Shown: positions 1 through 7,482 of the stretch, one piece after another
How the letters are laid out: each line of letters starts with the position of its first letter
How positions within the stretch are numbered: the stretch's first letter is position 1
Source of the DNA: Rotaria sordida
Lineage: Eukaryota
DNA length: 7,926 nt
Assembly (NCBI GenBank): GCA_905252715.1
Contig: CAJNOU010001932.1
Location: forward strand, 10,922-18,847
Direction of reading: 5' to 3'
Program-made: the position numbers and the translations under genes
Notes under the pieces: model-generated
The model's database searches: none
The model's input: only the letters and a program-made list of their open reading frames with translations
Told to the model about the DNA's origin: nothing

Positions 1-90
1 CATGCCCTATCCCATCCGGAGCTCCGGTCTCAACATCCTGCGAAAAGTCATATCGATTTATAAACTGTATAGTAGCATATAGAGTTCCAC
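1..90. repeat. left arm of a 90-bp inverted repeat (partner 348-437); may extend beyond the window start
   Basis: The reverse complement of 1-90 aligns without gaps to 348-437 with 4 mismatches by hand (86/90). Position x pairs with position 438-x. Confidence 0.9.
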
Positions 91-120
91 CCACACCCAC
101 ACCCACCCACACCCACACCC
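87..120 (+). repeat. C-strand telomere-like hexamer tract (CCCACA/CCACCCA variants)
   Basis: The tract reads ccacccacacccacacccacccacacccacaccc directly. It abuts the inner end of the left inverted-repeat arm. Confidence 0.9.
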
Positions 121-347
121 TGTCGACGAGAAATCAATGCATTCGTTAGAATTTACATTTAACAAAAACTTATTGTCGAGTACTTATATTCATTCTTGAA
201 ATTTTTCTTCTCAGTGTAGTTTTAATTCTCTTTCTTCGTAATTTCTACTTAAGATGTGGATGTACATGTAAGTATTGATCGTCTCTTCATGTAAATCGAC
301 ACCCATACCCTCCGAAAATTGCTGTAATTTAGGGATGTAGGAGTAGG

Positions 348-437
348 GTGGAACTCTATATGCTACTATACAGTTTATAAATCGATATGACTTTTCGTAG
401 GATGTTGAGACCGGAGCTCCGCATGGGATAGGACATA
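348..437. repeat. right arm of the 90-bp inverted repeat (partner 1-90)
   Basis: Same alignment as above. Immediately internal to this arm (330-347) lies TAGGGATGTAGGAGTAGG, an Ac/hAT-like terminal motif. Confidence 0.9.
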
Positions 438-663
438 AAAACTCTTTCGTCCCATCCCATGGGACAACTGAAATGTTAAATACCTTTTAAAAGGTAAATG
501 TTATTTCACTATCATCGCTCCAGTAAGACTATGAATTATGATACTATTCCATACCATATTCTATGATTTGATTAAAATGAAATTTATAGTTTGTATTCCC
601 GTTTTTTTTGCTTATTTTCAATAAAGTACAGTCCCGTATCGGAGACAATTAATTTGTCTGCTG

Positions 664-683
664 AGGGTGTGGGTGTGAGTGCG
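664..683 (+). repeat. short G-strand telomere-like tract (GGGTGT variants)
   Basis: The tract reads agggtgtgggtgtgagtgcgg directly. Confidence 0.8.
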
Positions 684-703
684 GATAATTGCACTAGACG
701 CAT

Positions 704-740
704 CCACACCCACCCACACCCACCCACACCCACACACACA
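704..740 (+). repeat. C-strand telomere-like tract, head-to-head with 664-683 across a 20-bp spacer
   Basis: The tract reads ccacacccacccacacccacccacacccacacacaca directly. Confidence 0.85.
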
Positions 741-1785
741 TTTGAGATTCTTTCTTTTGAACGTTTATTTATCTTCTATTGTATTTACTCTTTTTGGGAT
801 CCTATTTCTTCTCTATCATATTTCCGCTCTAAAATAAACAAAACCTAAATCATTTTATTGTCAACTATCATTCCATCAACACAATATGGCAAAGAGATGT
901 ATAGCTCTTGTTTGGGAAACAAGTCAAGCCCACCTCCTCGTGGTGTTTCCTGGGTAACGCTAACGGGCCTCTGCAACACAATTAAGTAAACAAAGATAAA
1001 CAGAAAACTATAAACATCGGAAGAAAAGATGTTAATCATACGATCAAATACAAATAAAAGCCATTTTCCATCTAGATTATGCAAACACTGTGATAAAGAT
1101 TTTTACCCGAGATTTTCAGTAGAATTTACAGGAAGAAATCATTCTGAAAGTGACACTCATCCGATTAAAGATGTAAAGAATCAGAGAGCTGGCAATGGAA
1201 AATTCAATCGGTTATTGGAAGATGTGGGTTTGATTCCCATCCTGCTTAAATGATTCTTTCTGTTTAGTCTTTCGTACTAAATGGAGCGTGTCATGTGGAT
1301 ATATTTCGACTGATCACATAGATATAATTCTGTGGATAGGTAAAATGATCATAGATAGTTCTATATGAACTCATTTTATGCTTTCTCTTTCGACTGAATC
1401 ATTTCAAACTCACTCTCAAGATGTGAACATTATAATACTCCCTTTCTTCAAAACAAATAAACAAAACCATTTCATATGAAATTTTCTATTTTTTGTTTCA
1501 TTGAATAAACTTTTCTATATAATATAAGCCTTTCTTTGTTTCAATATCTACCAGAACTTTTTATTTTAGATTCCATAAACTCACTTCAGCTAAACAATTT
1601 AATTTTATGCAGTATTTCTAAATTCCGAACTTTACCGTCAAGTCCCTTAAGCAAGGACGAAACGATCGTCGTAAGTCGCTTGGAATTATATCTAATAAAC
1701 TCACCTTCCAGATAGGTGATCGCTTCACAGATCTAGCAATGGATACGTGTTCTCATTAATTTTTACTGTCACATAAAAAATGAAA

Positions 1786-2512
1786 TTAGAGTTGTGTTAC
1801 ATCGAACAACGAACGAACTGTTACGCTCAAATTACCACTGACACCATCGCTCATTGGTGACCACGAATGAAAACTGACGGTTCTTCTTGCCTCGAACATA
1901 TGGAAGCCATTGCGTGAAAAATAGCCACTAGTATCAATCGACACATCAAGCCAGACAAAGAGCGCTGGTAGTGTGGCTGTGATTGTGATGCTCACTTCTG
2001 TTGGTGACACCTGCTGAACATTCTCAATGCGAAGATTTGGTTGGTAGAGTTGATAGTTTTTCGGTTGTGTGAAGAACAGAGTGTGTCCAATATCCTCTTG
2101 CGTGCTGTTGTAAGTACAGTGAAAGAGACATTGACTACCGTTGGAACAACCAGCGCTTTTCATCACTGTTGTATACGGAAGATCAACGATGTGTTTCACA
2201 TTAGGTGCGTTGATGGAAACATCAAATGCAACTGATGATCGAACAGCAAATGTATCGAGTGAGAAAAATGAACACATCGTCCGACCACTTGTACCATTGA
2301 GGAGTTCGTTAACCAGATAGACAGAAATGCGAGCATTTTCATCGGTCACTTTGGCGAGGTATGGTGCGAGAATGGGTACTAGATAGACAGGTTCAAACAT
2401 ACGTTGAACATAGTAATGACCCATTTTCCATTTCAATCCATATTCAATCGTTGCCCAGGTGGGTGCTTGCCAAATATCATTGATTTGCCAATACATGAAG
2501 CCCATCGTATGA
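1786..2512 (-). CDS. MANBA: beta-mannosidase exon 6 of 6 (includes TAA stop at 1788-1786)
   Basis: The acceptor ATTCTAG ends at 2513. GG|T completes a Gly codon, giving ..TSEG|HTMGFMYWQINDIWQAPTWATIEYGLKWKM.., a highly conserved beta-mannosidase block. The C-terminus ..PALFVWLDVS..GYFSRNGFHM..SLFDVTQL* is collinear with the mammalian C-terminus. Intron 5 is 2513-2585 (73 bp). The six exons sum to 2676 nt, or 892 codons including the stop, so every splice phase closes. Confidence 0.9.
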
Positions 2513-2585
2513 CTAGAATGAATAAACAAACAACCTCAAATGCCGTAAAAAGAACTGATAATAATATCAGTAGAAACCTATTTAC

Positions 2586-2756
2586 CCTTCACTTGTCTTT
2601 GGATCAATCATATCAATAGAGGAATGAATTCTACACACATCATTAATACTTTTCAATGTCATCGCTTGATTGATTTGACTCAAATAGATCATATGAACGA
2701 ATTCCTGTAACGGATTACTCGTCATCGGTAATGGTAGATTGCTTTTAATTTGATTT
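2586..2756 (-). CDS. MANBA: beta-mannosidase exon 5 of 6
   Basis: This exon is absent from the ORF track because it is under 60 aa. The acceptor TTTTCAG ends at 2757. TT|A completes a Leu codon, and hand translation then gives NQIKSNLPLPMTSNPLQEFVHMIYLSQINQAMTLKSINDVCRIHSSIDMIDPKTSEG. This is collinear with the mammalian ..[24 protein letters not shown].. region. The exon ends GAA GG at 2586 (phase 2), followed by the donor GTAAAT at 2585-2580. Intron 4 is 2757-2815 (59 bp). Confidence 0.85.
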
Positions 2757-2815
2757 CTGAAAAGAACAAAGCATTATTGAGAGGAAAGTTCTCCGACAAT
2801 GTACGGTGAATTTAC

Positions 2816-3020
2816 AATAGATCGTTGATTTTGTTGGGAGAATGCTCTCGATGCTGGTAAAAAGCGCTACCATACTGCAAATCACTGATATTGTGTGTCA
2901 CTTGATACCATGAATCTAGACTAGGTAGTGATTGAAGGCCCGTTTCTGACATAAAACGAGGAATGGGATACGTGTTTGGATCCCATGTATCATTAGTATA
3001 TTCATAGAAGTGCACATCGC
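2816..3020 (-). CDS. MANBA: beta-mannosidase exon 4 of 6 (carries nucleophile Glu)
   Basis: The acceptor TTCTAG ends at 3021. G|GC GAT GTG CAC TTC gives ..LYG|DVHFYEY.. The M of ORF 2812..3015 is really a GTG Val codon. The exon contains RFMSETGLQSLPS, with Glu GAA at 2946-2944 aligned to the SE(Y/F)G nucleophile motif. It ends ..GAT CTA TT at 2816 (phase 2), followed by the donor GTAAAT at 2815-2810. Intron 3 is 3021-3075 (55 bp). Confidence 0.88.
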
Positions 3021-3075
3021 CTAGAACAGTTCGTTATCAATGAACCAAGTAAAAAACGACTTCTGCTCAACTTAC

Positions 3076-3404
3076 CATAGAGTGGATCTTGAGGATTTCT
3101 AGCGGTGTAATTTTCATTCACTGATTCCAGACCATTGCTAGGCGATGAGACAACGAATAGTCGATTATTACCTTTGTCTACTTCTTGTATAGCCTTCATA
3201 ATGACATCCAAATAAAGTTTTCGATAATCATGTTTCGCTTTGTCCATTCGATCTGCTGGTATTTTAAACCAATTTTGAGCAAGTGCTACCTCAATTTCAT
3301 TGTTTGCACTGATCATAACAAGCGATGGATGTGACTGAAGTCGTTTCATTTGATAGAGTACTTCATTACGCGCAAGCATTAGAAAAGATTCATCCATTGG
3401 GTAC
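3076..3404 (-). CDS. MANBA: beta-mannosidase exon 3 of 6 (carries acid/base Glu)
   Basis: The acceptor TTTAG ends at 3405. The first base, G at 3404, completes CT|G (Leu), giving ..FANTL|YPMDESFL.., which is collinear with the mammalian FACALYPTD region as I recall it. The exon contains HPSLVMISANNEIE, with the NNE Glu codon GAA at 3298-3296 as the expected GH2 acid/base residue. It ends ..CTC TAT G at 3076 (phase 1), followed by the donor GTAAGT at 3075-3070. Intron 2 is 3405-3459 (55 bp). Confidence 0.9.
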
Positions 3405-3459
3405 CTAAACAGAATAGAAAAATAGAAGAGAGAAAGGATTTTTACAAGCAAAATATTAC

Positions 3460-4124
3460 AGAGTATTAGCGAACATGAGATCATGCCACACCATGATGCC
3501 TAAACGGTCATTCATTTCGTAGAATGAATCACTTTCATAGAAGTCAACACCCGATATACGTAGGATATTCATATTAGCCAATTGAGCTGAGCGAAGTAGT
3601 TGTTCGAGTCTTTTGTCTGGCACTCGTTCGCGAAATGCATCAGGTGGAACCCAATTAGTTCCTTTAATAAATATTGACCGACCATTAATGACGAAGTAAA
3701 ACGACAGTCCTTTGATGTTCGGCCCGTAAGAGTGTTGAACAAGTTCAACTGTTCGAAAGCCGATCAAACGTGATCCAATTAGTTCACCTTGGTTGTAGAC
3801 AGATAGTGTGTACAGTGTTTGATCCCCATACCCATTGGGCCACCACAGTTGAACAGTGTCATTGGGAATCCAAAGTGACAAGGAGACGTGCTGATTGAAT
3901 GTAATATTCGACTGATACGTGAACGAAGTATTCTCTAAGACGAAGTTTAGTTCGCTGACAAAAGGATCGTTGCTACTACTAAGCAGCACATCCACTCGCC
4001 ATTGATTGACAGATTTCTGATAAGAAGCCACATTGACACTTTCCAATGTAATAACTATTTCGGTGGAATGTGTGCCCTGGAGGTAGAGATTACCGGGGAT
4101 GCCGATAGGAGCAAATGCTGGACC
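3460..4124 (-). CDS. MANBA: beta-mannosidase exon 2 of 6
   Basis: The acceptor AG is at 4126-4125. The exon begins GGT CCA GCA TTT.. = GPAFAPIGIPGNLYLQGTHSTEIVITL, which continues SFSWDW|GP in frame and runs into ORF 3456..4046. The M printed at the head of that ORF is really a TTG Leu codon. The exon contains WWPNGYGDQTLY, FIKGTNWVPPDAF and LGIMVWHDLMFA, all typical of GH2 beta-mannosidases. It ends ..AAT ACT CT at 3460 (phase 2), followed by the donor GTAATA at 3459-3454. Intron 1 is 4125-4319 (195 bp). Confidence 0.9.
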
Positions 4125-4319
4125 CTAGAAGGAGAAGAGAAAATTGAAGGTGAATGTTGTATTGAGCAGGATTGATAGTCGATGAATTACTATTACTACT
4201 GAAGACCTGAAAAGATCCCTGTATTTATTAAAACTTTGAATTGTTCTTTAGAAAGTCCCAAAATGGAACAATTCTCAACAGTAGTATTATTTCAATCATT
4301 TCGACGACTGTTTTCTTAC

Positions 4320-4898
4320 CCAATCCCAACTGAATGAGCATATTTCCTTTCGAATAAACTGAATATGACATTCACCGTGCTGCACAGCTAACGGACATTC
4401 TGGCAGAACTGTTTCATTGTATGCTTTTGCTTGATCTGCTGCATATATTACTGGCGATTCAAAGTCAATTCGAAGTTCATTATTTGATTGTAGACATGAA
4501 CTTGTTACATTAAACGAGTACAGTATGAACATACTGTTTGTTCGACCAATAAAACAACCATTGAGGGTTATATTTGCTACTGTGTCAATCTGGTCAAAAT
4601 GAATTGTAAATTGGGTCAACGATAGAAAATCAACGGTCAAAGAAAACTTCTTCCAAAATGTCCATGAGCTGTATACCAAATAGCGTAGGTTAACATCATT
4701 GTAACCGAAATAAGGATCCGGAATAAGTTTGGCGGCAAAAAGAATGGTATGTATGGTGCCAGGTACCTGTCCCTGTGCAGAAAGAGATTGATTGTTGCTT
4801 ATTACCCAATCATTCCCAGCTAATGGAACCACGGTCACAGCATGTGAAGACGCGAAGAAACAAACAGAAAGTGCTAATAATGATAATAGAGAAGTCAT
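4320..4898 (-). CDS. MANBA: beta-mannosidase (GH family 2, lysosomal MANBA-like), exon 1 of 6
   Basis: The ATG lies at 4898-4896, with an in-frame TAG two codons upstream (4904-4902). The ORF 4296..4898 translates to MTSLLSLLALSVCFFASSHA.. and ends ..CSFSWDW, matching the beta-mannosidase motif ..SFSWDWGP.. as I recall it from mammalian MANBA. The exon ends after the W codon at 4320 (phase 0). The donor GTAAGA follows at 4319-4314 on the minus strand. Confidence 0.9.
4839..4898 (-). other. predicted N-terminal signal peptide (20 aa, MTSLLSLLALSVCFFASSHA, cleavage after S-H-A)
   Basis: A hydrophobic core (LLSLLALSVCFFA) is followed by small residues at -3 and -1 (S-H-A | VTVV). This fits a secreted or lysosomal hydrolase. 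I judged it by eye and ran no predictor. Confidence 0.6.
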
Positions 4899-5015
4899 TT
4901 GCTATTTTGATTGCGCCGGGTTTCGTGAATTGAATAGTCAACTAGAAAATAACTGACATAAGAATATCAAGGGATCTTTTCTAACAATCACTGGATGGCT
5001 GTGATCAATGTAACG

Positions 5016-5023
5016 ATGCTGAC
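5016..5023. repeat. left copy of 8-bp target-site duplication ATGCTGAC
   Basis: ATGCTGAC lies immediately before the terminus TAGGGATGTATC (5024). An identical 8-mer lies immediately after the other end, at 5848-5855. Confidence 0.8.
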
Positions 5024-5847
5024 TAGGGATGTATCAATATCAAATCTAACCCAAAGCTTTTGAATTTTGGGTGGTTTTGGATTTAGGTGTTTCGGAATTT
5101 GAGTAGATTTGGATTTGGTGTTGGGTTTTGGGTTTTGGTATTTTCATTCATGATATCGAGTACTATGACACAATGGTCTAATTTAGTTACCAAGCTGCGT
5201 AGAGTAAGAATAGGTAGAGAGGAATATCGTTATGCTAAAATTAGTCGTCGGCTTACAACTAGCTGGAGAGATGTTTACTTGTTTAGTATTTGAGGAAAAT
5301 ATATCTTTTCAAAGTGATCACAGATCAAGAACTGATTTATGCATAACGATGCTCCTCACTACTTGTTTATATTCTACATGACTTGATAAATAAATTAGAG
5401 CACTGTATAGAGATGCACCAGTACATATGGACTAGGCACCAGGCATACCCGATGACTAGTTCGCCTGGTACCCAGTCATGATTGAGCATCTAGTCCAATG
5501 GAATATTTATTAGAATGGTATGTAATTCCTATCTCCTTCTTCCTTGCGCATTGTATTTCTCTATAGCCAGCACTAATTGCACATTGTTGCATGTTATGAG
5601 CCTAAATTCATTCCACGTTATATGTAGAGAATTACAATGTATAAGAAATAAGAATGTGTGGACTGCATATCAATCAAATAGATACCTGGTTGGATGAGAT
5701 ACCCAGTCACGACTGGAACTAGTGCCTCCCTAGTACTGTCGTAACACTCAATATCATGAATGTAAGGACCAAAACCCTCAACCAAACCCAAATCTATCCA
5801 AATCCCAAAACACCCAAATCCAAAGTTTTGGTGTTGGTATATCCATA
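5024..5847. mobile_element. non-autonomous hAT-like DNA transposon (824 bp, MITE-like) with long subterminal inverted repeats
   Basis: The left end is TAGGGATGTATCAATATC. The reverse complement of the right end is TATGGATATACCAACACC, matching 13/18. A perfect 8-bp flanking direct repeat is present. Subterminal inverted similarity of roughly 75-80% by eye spans about 5024-5170 versus 5735-5847 and is rich in GGTTTTGG/GGATTTGG motifs. There is no transposase-sized ORF. The first 8 bases equal the maize Ac terminus TAGGGATGAAA. Confidence 0.75.
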
Positions 5848-5855
5848 ATGCTGAC
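5848..5855. repeat. right copy of 8-bp target-site duplication ATGCTGAC
   Basis: See 5016-5023. Confidence 0.8.
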
Positions 5856-5865
5856 ACCTCACTTT

Positions 5866-7171
5866 TAGAGATGCTACGGTGACGATCAATCACCGGTTCA
5901 CCGTCACTGATTCGCCGGTTTAAAACAGTGACTGGTTGAACCGGTGAAATGATAAAACGGTAACCGGTGGAACAGTGAAAGCCGATAAACATCTTAGACC
6001 TACGGTGAAGACCGGTTTTTTGTGCCATCAGCCACCATTGTCGTAAAGTAGGAGTGTCAGTTTCCGGTTCCGTTCCTGGAAATCCGGAACCTTCAGAGGG
6101 TTTCGTTCTTGAAAAATCGAAATCACACTATAAATTCTTTAGCCCTTACGGGAAAGAGACCAAAAGTACGCGTTATGCTAAGTTGGTACTGACACTATTC
6201 TATCATTACTTTTGTAATATTGTTTCTATCTGAAAAACACATAAATGGTCATTAAGAATGTTGTGTTTGTAAACGATTGGGATCATGCTCAATTATAGAT
6301 AGGTATGCAGCAGTGCCAGTTAACTGGGTACCCAGTCCAACTGGGTGTATATTTAACTGATATCCATACGTCCTCAATACCAATCCTGTACAGGTACCCG
6401 TAGGACCTCAAGACCTATCCTATAGGAGTACCCACCAGTCTTCAAGGCCTATAATATAGGGATACCCATAAGTCCTCAAGGCCTATCTTATAGGGATACT
6501 CATAGGTCACTATGCCCTATCGTATAGAGATACCCATAGGTTCTTATGCCCTATCTTATAGCGATATCCAGTGGTCCTTGTCCCTATCCCATAGGGTAGG
6601 CCTTGATGACTTATGGATACCTCTATAGTATACGGCTTGAGAACCCATAGATACCCCCTAGAGGATAGGCCTTGAGGACCTATGAGTACCCCTATAGTAT
6701 AGGCCTTGAGGACTCATGGATACTTCTATAGTATAGGCCTTGAGAATCTATGCGTATAGGGGTGTAAGAATTCCCATTCCCAACAAACATACATGTGGTT
6801 GTGGGTTTCCATTCTTAGGAACCCGGATGGGGTTCCGGGTTCTCGGAACTCGGAACCCTCAGGCGGTTCCAGGAACGCATGGCAACTTTGCACAAAAAGG
6901 CAGGAAAAGAGGATGTGAGTAGTCCATTGTGTTTAAAAATGCATAAAAATGAATTGTGAAATGGGTTCCGGGTTCGTAGGGAACGGAACCCTGACACCCC
7001 TATCCTAAAGACAACTGAATCACCAGATATACCGGTCCTCAACGTAGATCTAAAGATGTTTACCAGCTTTCATCGTTAGACTGGTTACCGTTTCACCATT
7101 GCACCGGTTCGATCGGTTATTGTCTTATTGGTTCACTGACTCGACCGGTCATCGTCACCATTGCATCCCTA
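5866..7171. mobile_element. foldback-like non-autonomous element (1306 bp) with hAT-type termini and inverted arms of about 210-230 bp
   Basis: The left terminus is TAGAGATGCTACGGTGACGAT (5866-5886). The reverse complement of 7151-7171 is TAGGGATGCAATGGTGACGAT, matching 18/21. The arms, about 5866-6097 and 6961-7171, align in inverted orientation with indels, roughly 70-80% by eye. The palindromic hexamer ACCGGT occurs four times in the left arm (5892, 5940, 5963, 6011) and three times in the right arm (7031, 7103, 7144). The flanking 8-mers CTCACTTT and TTCACTCA share 5/8, a possible decayed TSD. There is no transposase ORF. Confidence 0.7.
6351..6766. repeat. palindromic array of 34-bp tandem repeats (7 units one way, 5 units reverse-complemented)
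   Basis: The left units are 6351-6384, 6385-6418, 6419-6452, 6453-6486, 6487-6520, 6521-6554 and 6555-6587, with a consensus near cttatagggatacccataagtcctcaaggcctat. The centre is ccctat-ccc-ataggg, around 6582-6596. The right units are 6597-6630, 6631-6664, 6665-6698, 6699-6732 and 6733-6766, with a consensus near ataggccttgaggacctatgagtacccctatagt, the reverse complement of the left units. Confidence 0.85.
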
Positions 7172-7407
7172 TTCACTCACTCTCTACTATCAAGGCACAG
7201 CAATCTTACCTTTATTCGATGTGTTCTTCTCTATCTAACAGATTTGAAGTTTCTGTTTATCTTTTTTATAATTGCTTCTTATCATATATGAAGCCTTGTA
7301 GAATAACGAGGACGGATGATTATACACCACAGAACATTTTAGAAAAACTTATCTCTTCAGGTTGTGTGCAAAACATTCTTTTTGTTATTATCATTGCATA
7401 AAAAAGA

Positions 7408-7482
7408 TGGAGTGTGGGTGTGGGTGTGGGGTGTGAGTGTGAGTGTGGGTGTGGGTGTGGGTATGGGTGGGGTTAGGGGTGT
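7408..7482 (+). repeat. G-strand telomere-like tract (TGTGGG with TGAGTG/TATGGG variants)
   Basis: The tract reads tggagtgtgggtgtgggtgtggggtgtgagtgtgagtgtgggtgtgggtgtgggtatgggtggggttaggggt directly. Confidence 0.9.

Noticed and set aside
591-848. ORF 591..848 (+), 85 aa, containing HTHPHPPTPTHT.
   Set aside because: It starts at a TTG and reads straight through the G-strand/C-strand hexamer junction. It shows no recognisable domain and its AT-rich flanks have biased composition.
1183-1248. tRNA-like segment with an A-box-like TGGCAATGG (1190-1198), a near-consensus B box GGTTTGATTCC (1227-1237) and a T-arm gtggg-tttgatt-cccat.
   Set aside because: It is not a functional tRNA. The acceptor stem pairs at only about 4/7 positions. 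The anticodon arm has a 5-nt loop. The invariant C56 is T. The A-B box spacing is about 7 nt short. It may be a decayed tRNA pseudogene or a SINE head, and tRNAscan-SE or Infernal would settle that.
845-1253. ORFs 845..1084 (-) and 1029..1253 (+) as a possible neighbouring gene downstream of the mannosidase 3' end.
   Set aside because: I recognise no motif in either. They overlap each other, the region is AT-rich, and the plus ORF reads through a tRNA-like relic. A gene with small exons cannot be excluded without RNA-seq or a protein search.
1560-1603. Candidate poly(A) signals for the mannosidase mRNA: minus-strand ATTAAA at 1603-1598 and AATAAA at 1565-1560.
   Set aside because: In DNA this AT-rich such hexamers occur by chance, and I have no cleavage-site evidence, so I left them unannotated. 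3' RNA-seq ends would decide.
2041-2619. Plus-strand ORFs 2041..2235 and 2404..2619, antisense to the mannosidase gene.
   Set aside because: They are antisense shadows of a strongly supported minus-strand exon, and 2404..2619 also crosses intron 5. They have no homology signal.
4195-4225. A hammerhead-ribozyme-like CTGAAGA..GAAA string in intron 1, and CTGATGG on the minus strand near 6026-6034, checked because Penelope-like elements carry hammerheads.
   Set aside because: No helix I, II or III pairing can be drawn around CTGAAGA. The second site lacks the invariant final A of CUGANGA. No convincing ribozyme core occurs in any of the repeat modules.
5087-6028. ORFs 5087..5293 (+), 5515..5697 (+) and 5618..6028 (-) as possible transposase fragments.
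   Set aside because: All are 136 aa or shorter with no DDE, BED or hATC-like motif that I can recognise. ORF 5618..6028 runs across the TSD and the boundary between two separate elements, so it cannot be an element-encoded gene.
6351-6766. Regularly spaced 34-bp repeats as a CRISPR array.
   Set aside because: The units are contiguous with no unique spacers. The array is half inverted. The context is eukaryotic, with a spliced gene nearby and no cas genes.
6740-7401. ORFs 6740..6922 (+), 6815..7042 (-) and 7099..7401 (+).
   Set aside because: They lie in GGTTCC/GGAACC repeat sequence and the inverted arm of the foldback element. The first two overlap each other on opposite strands. None shows a recognisable motif, and several begin at non-ATG codons.
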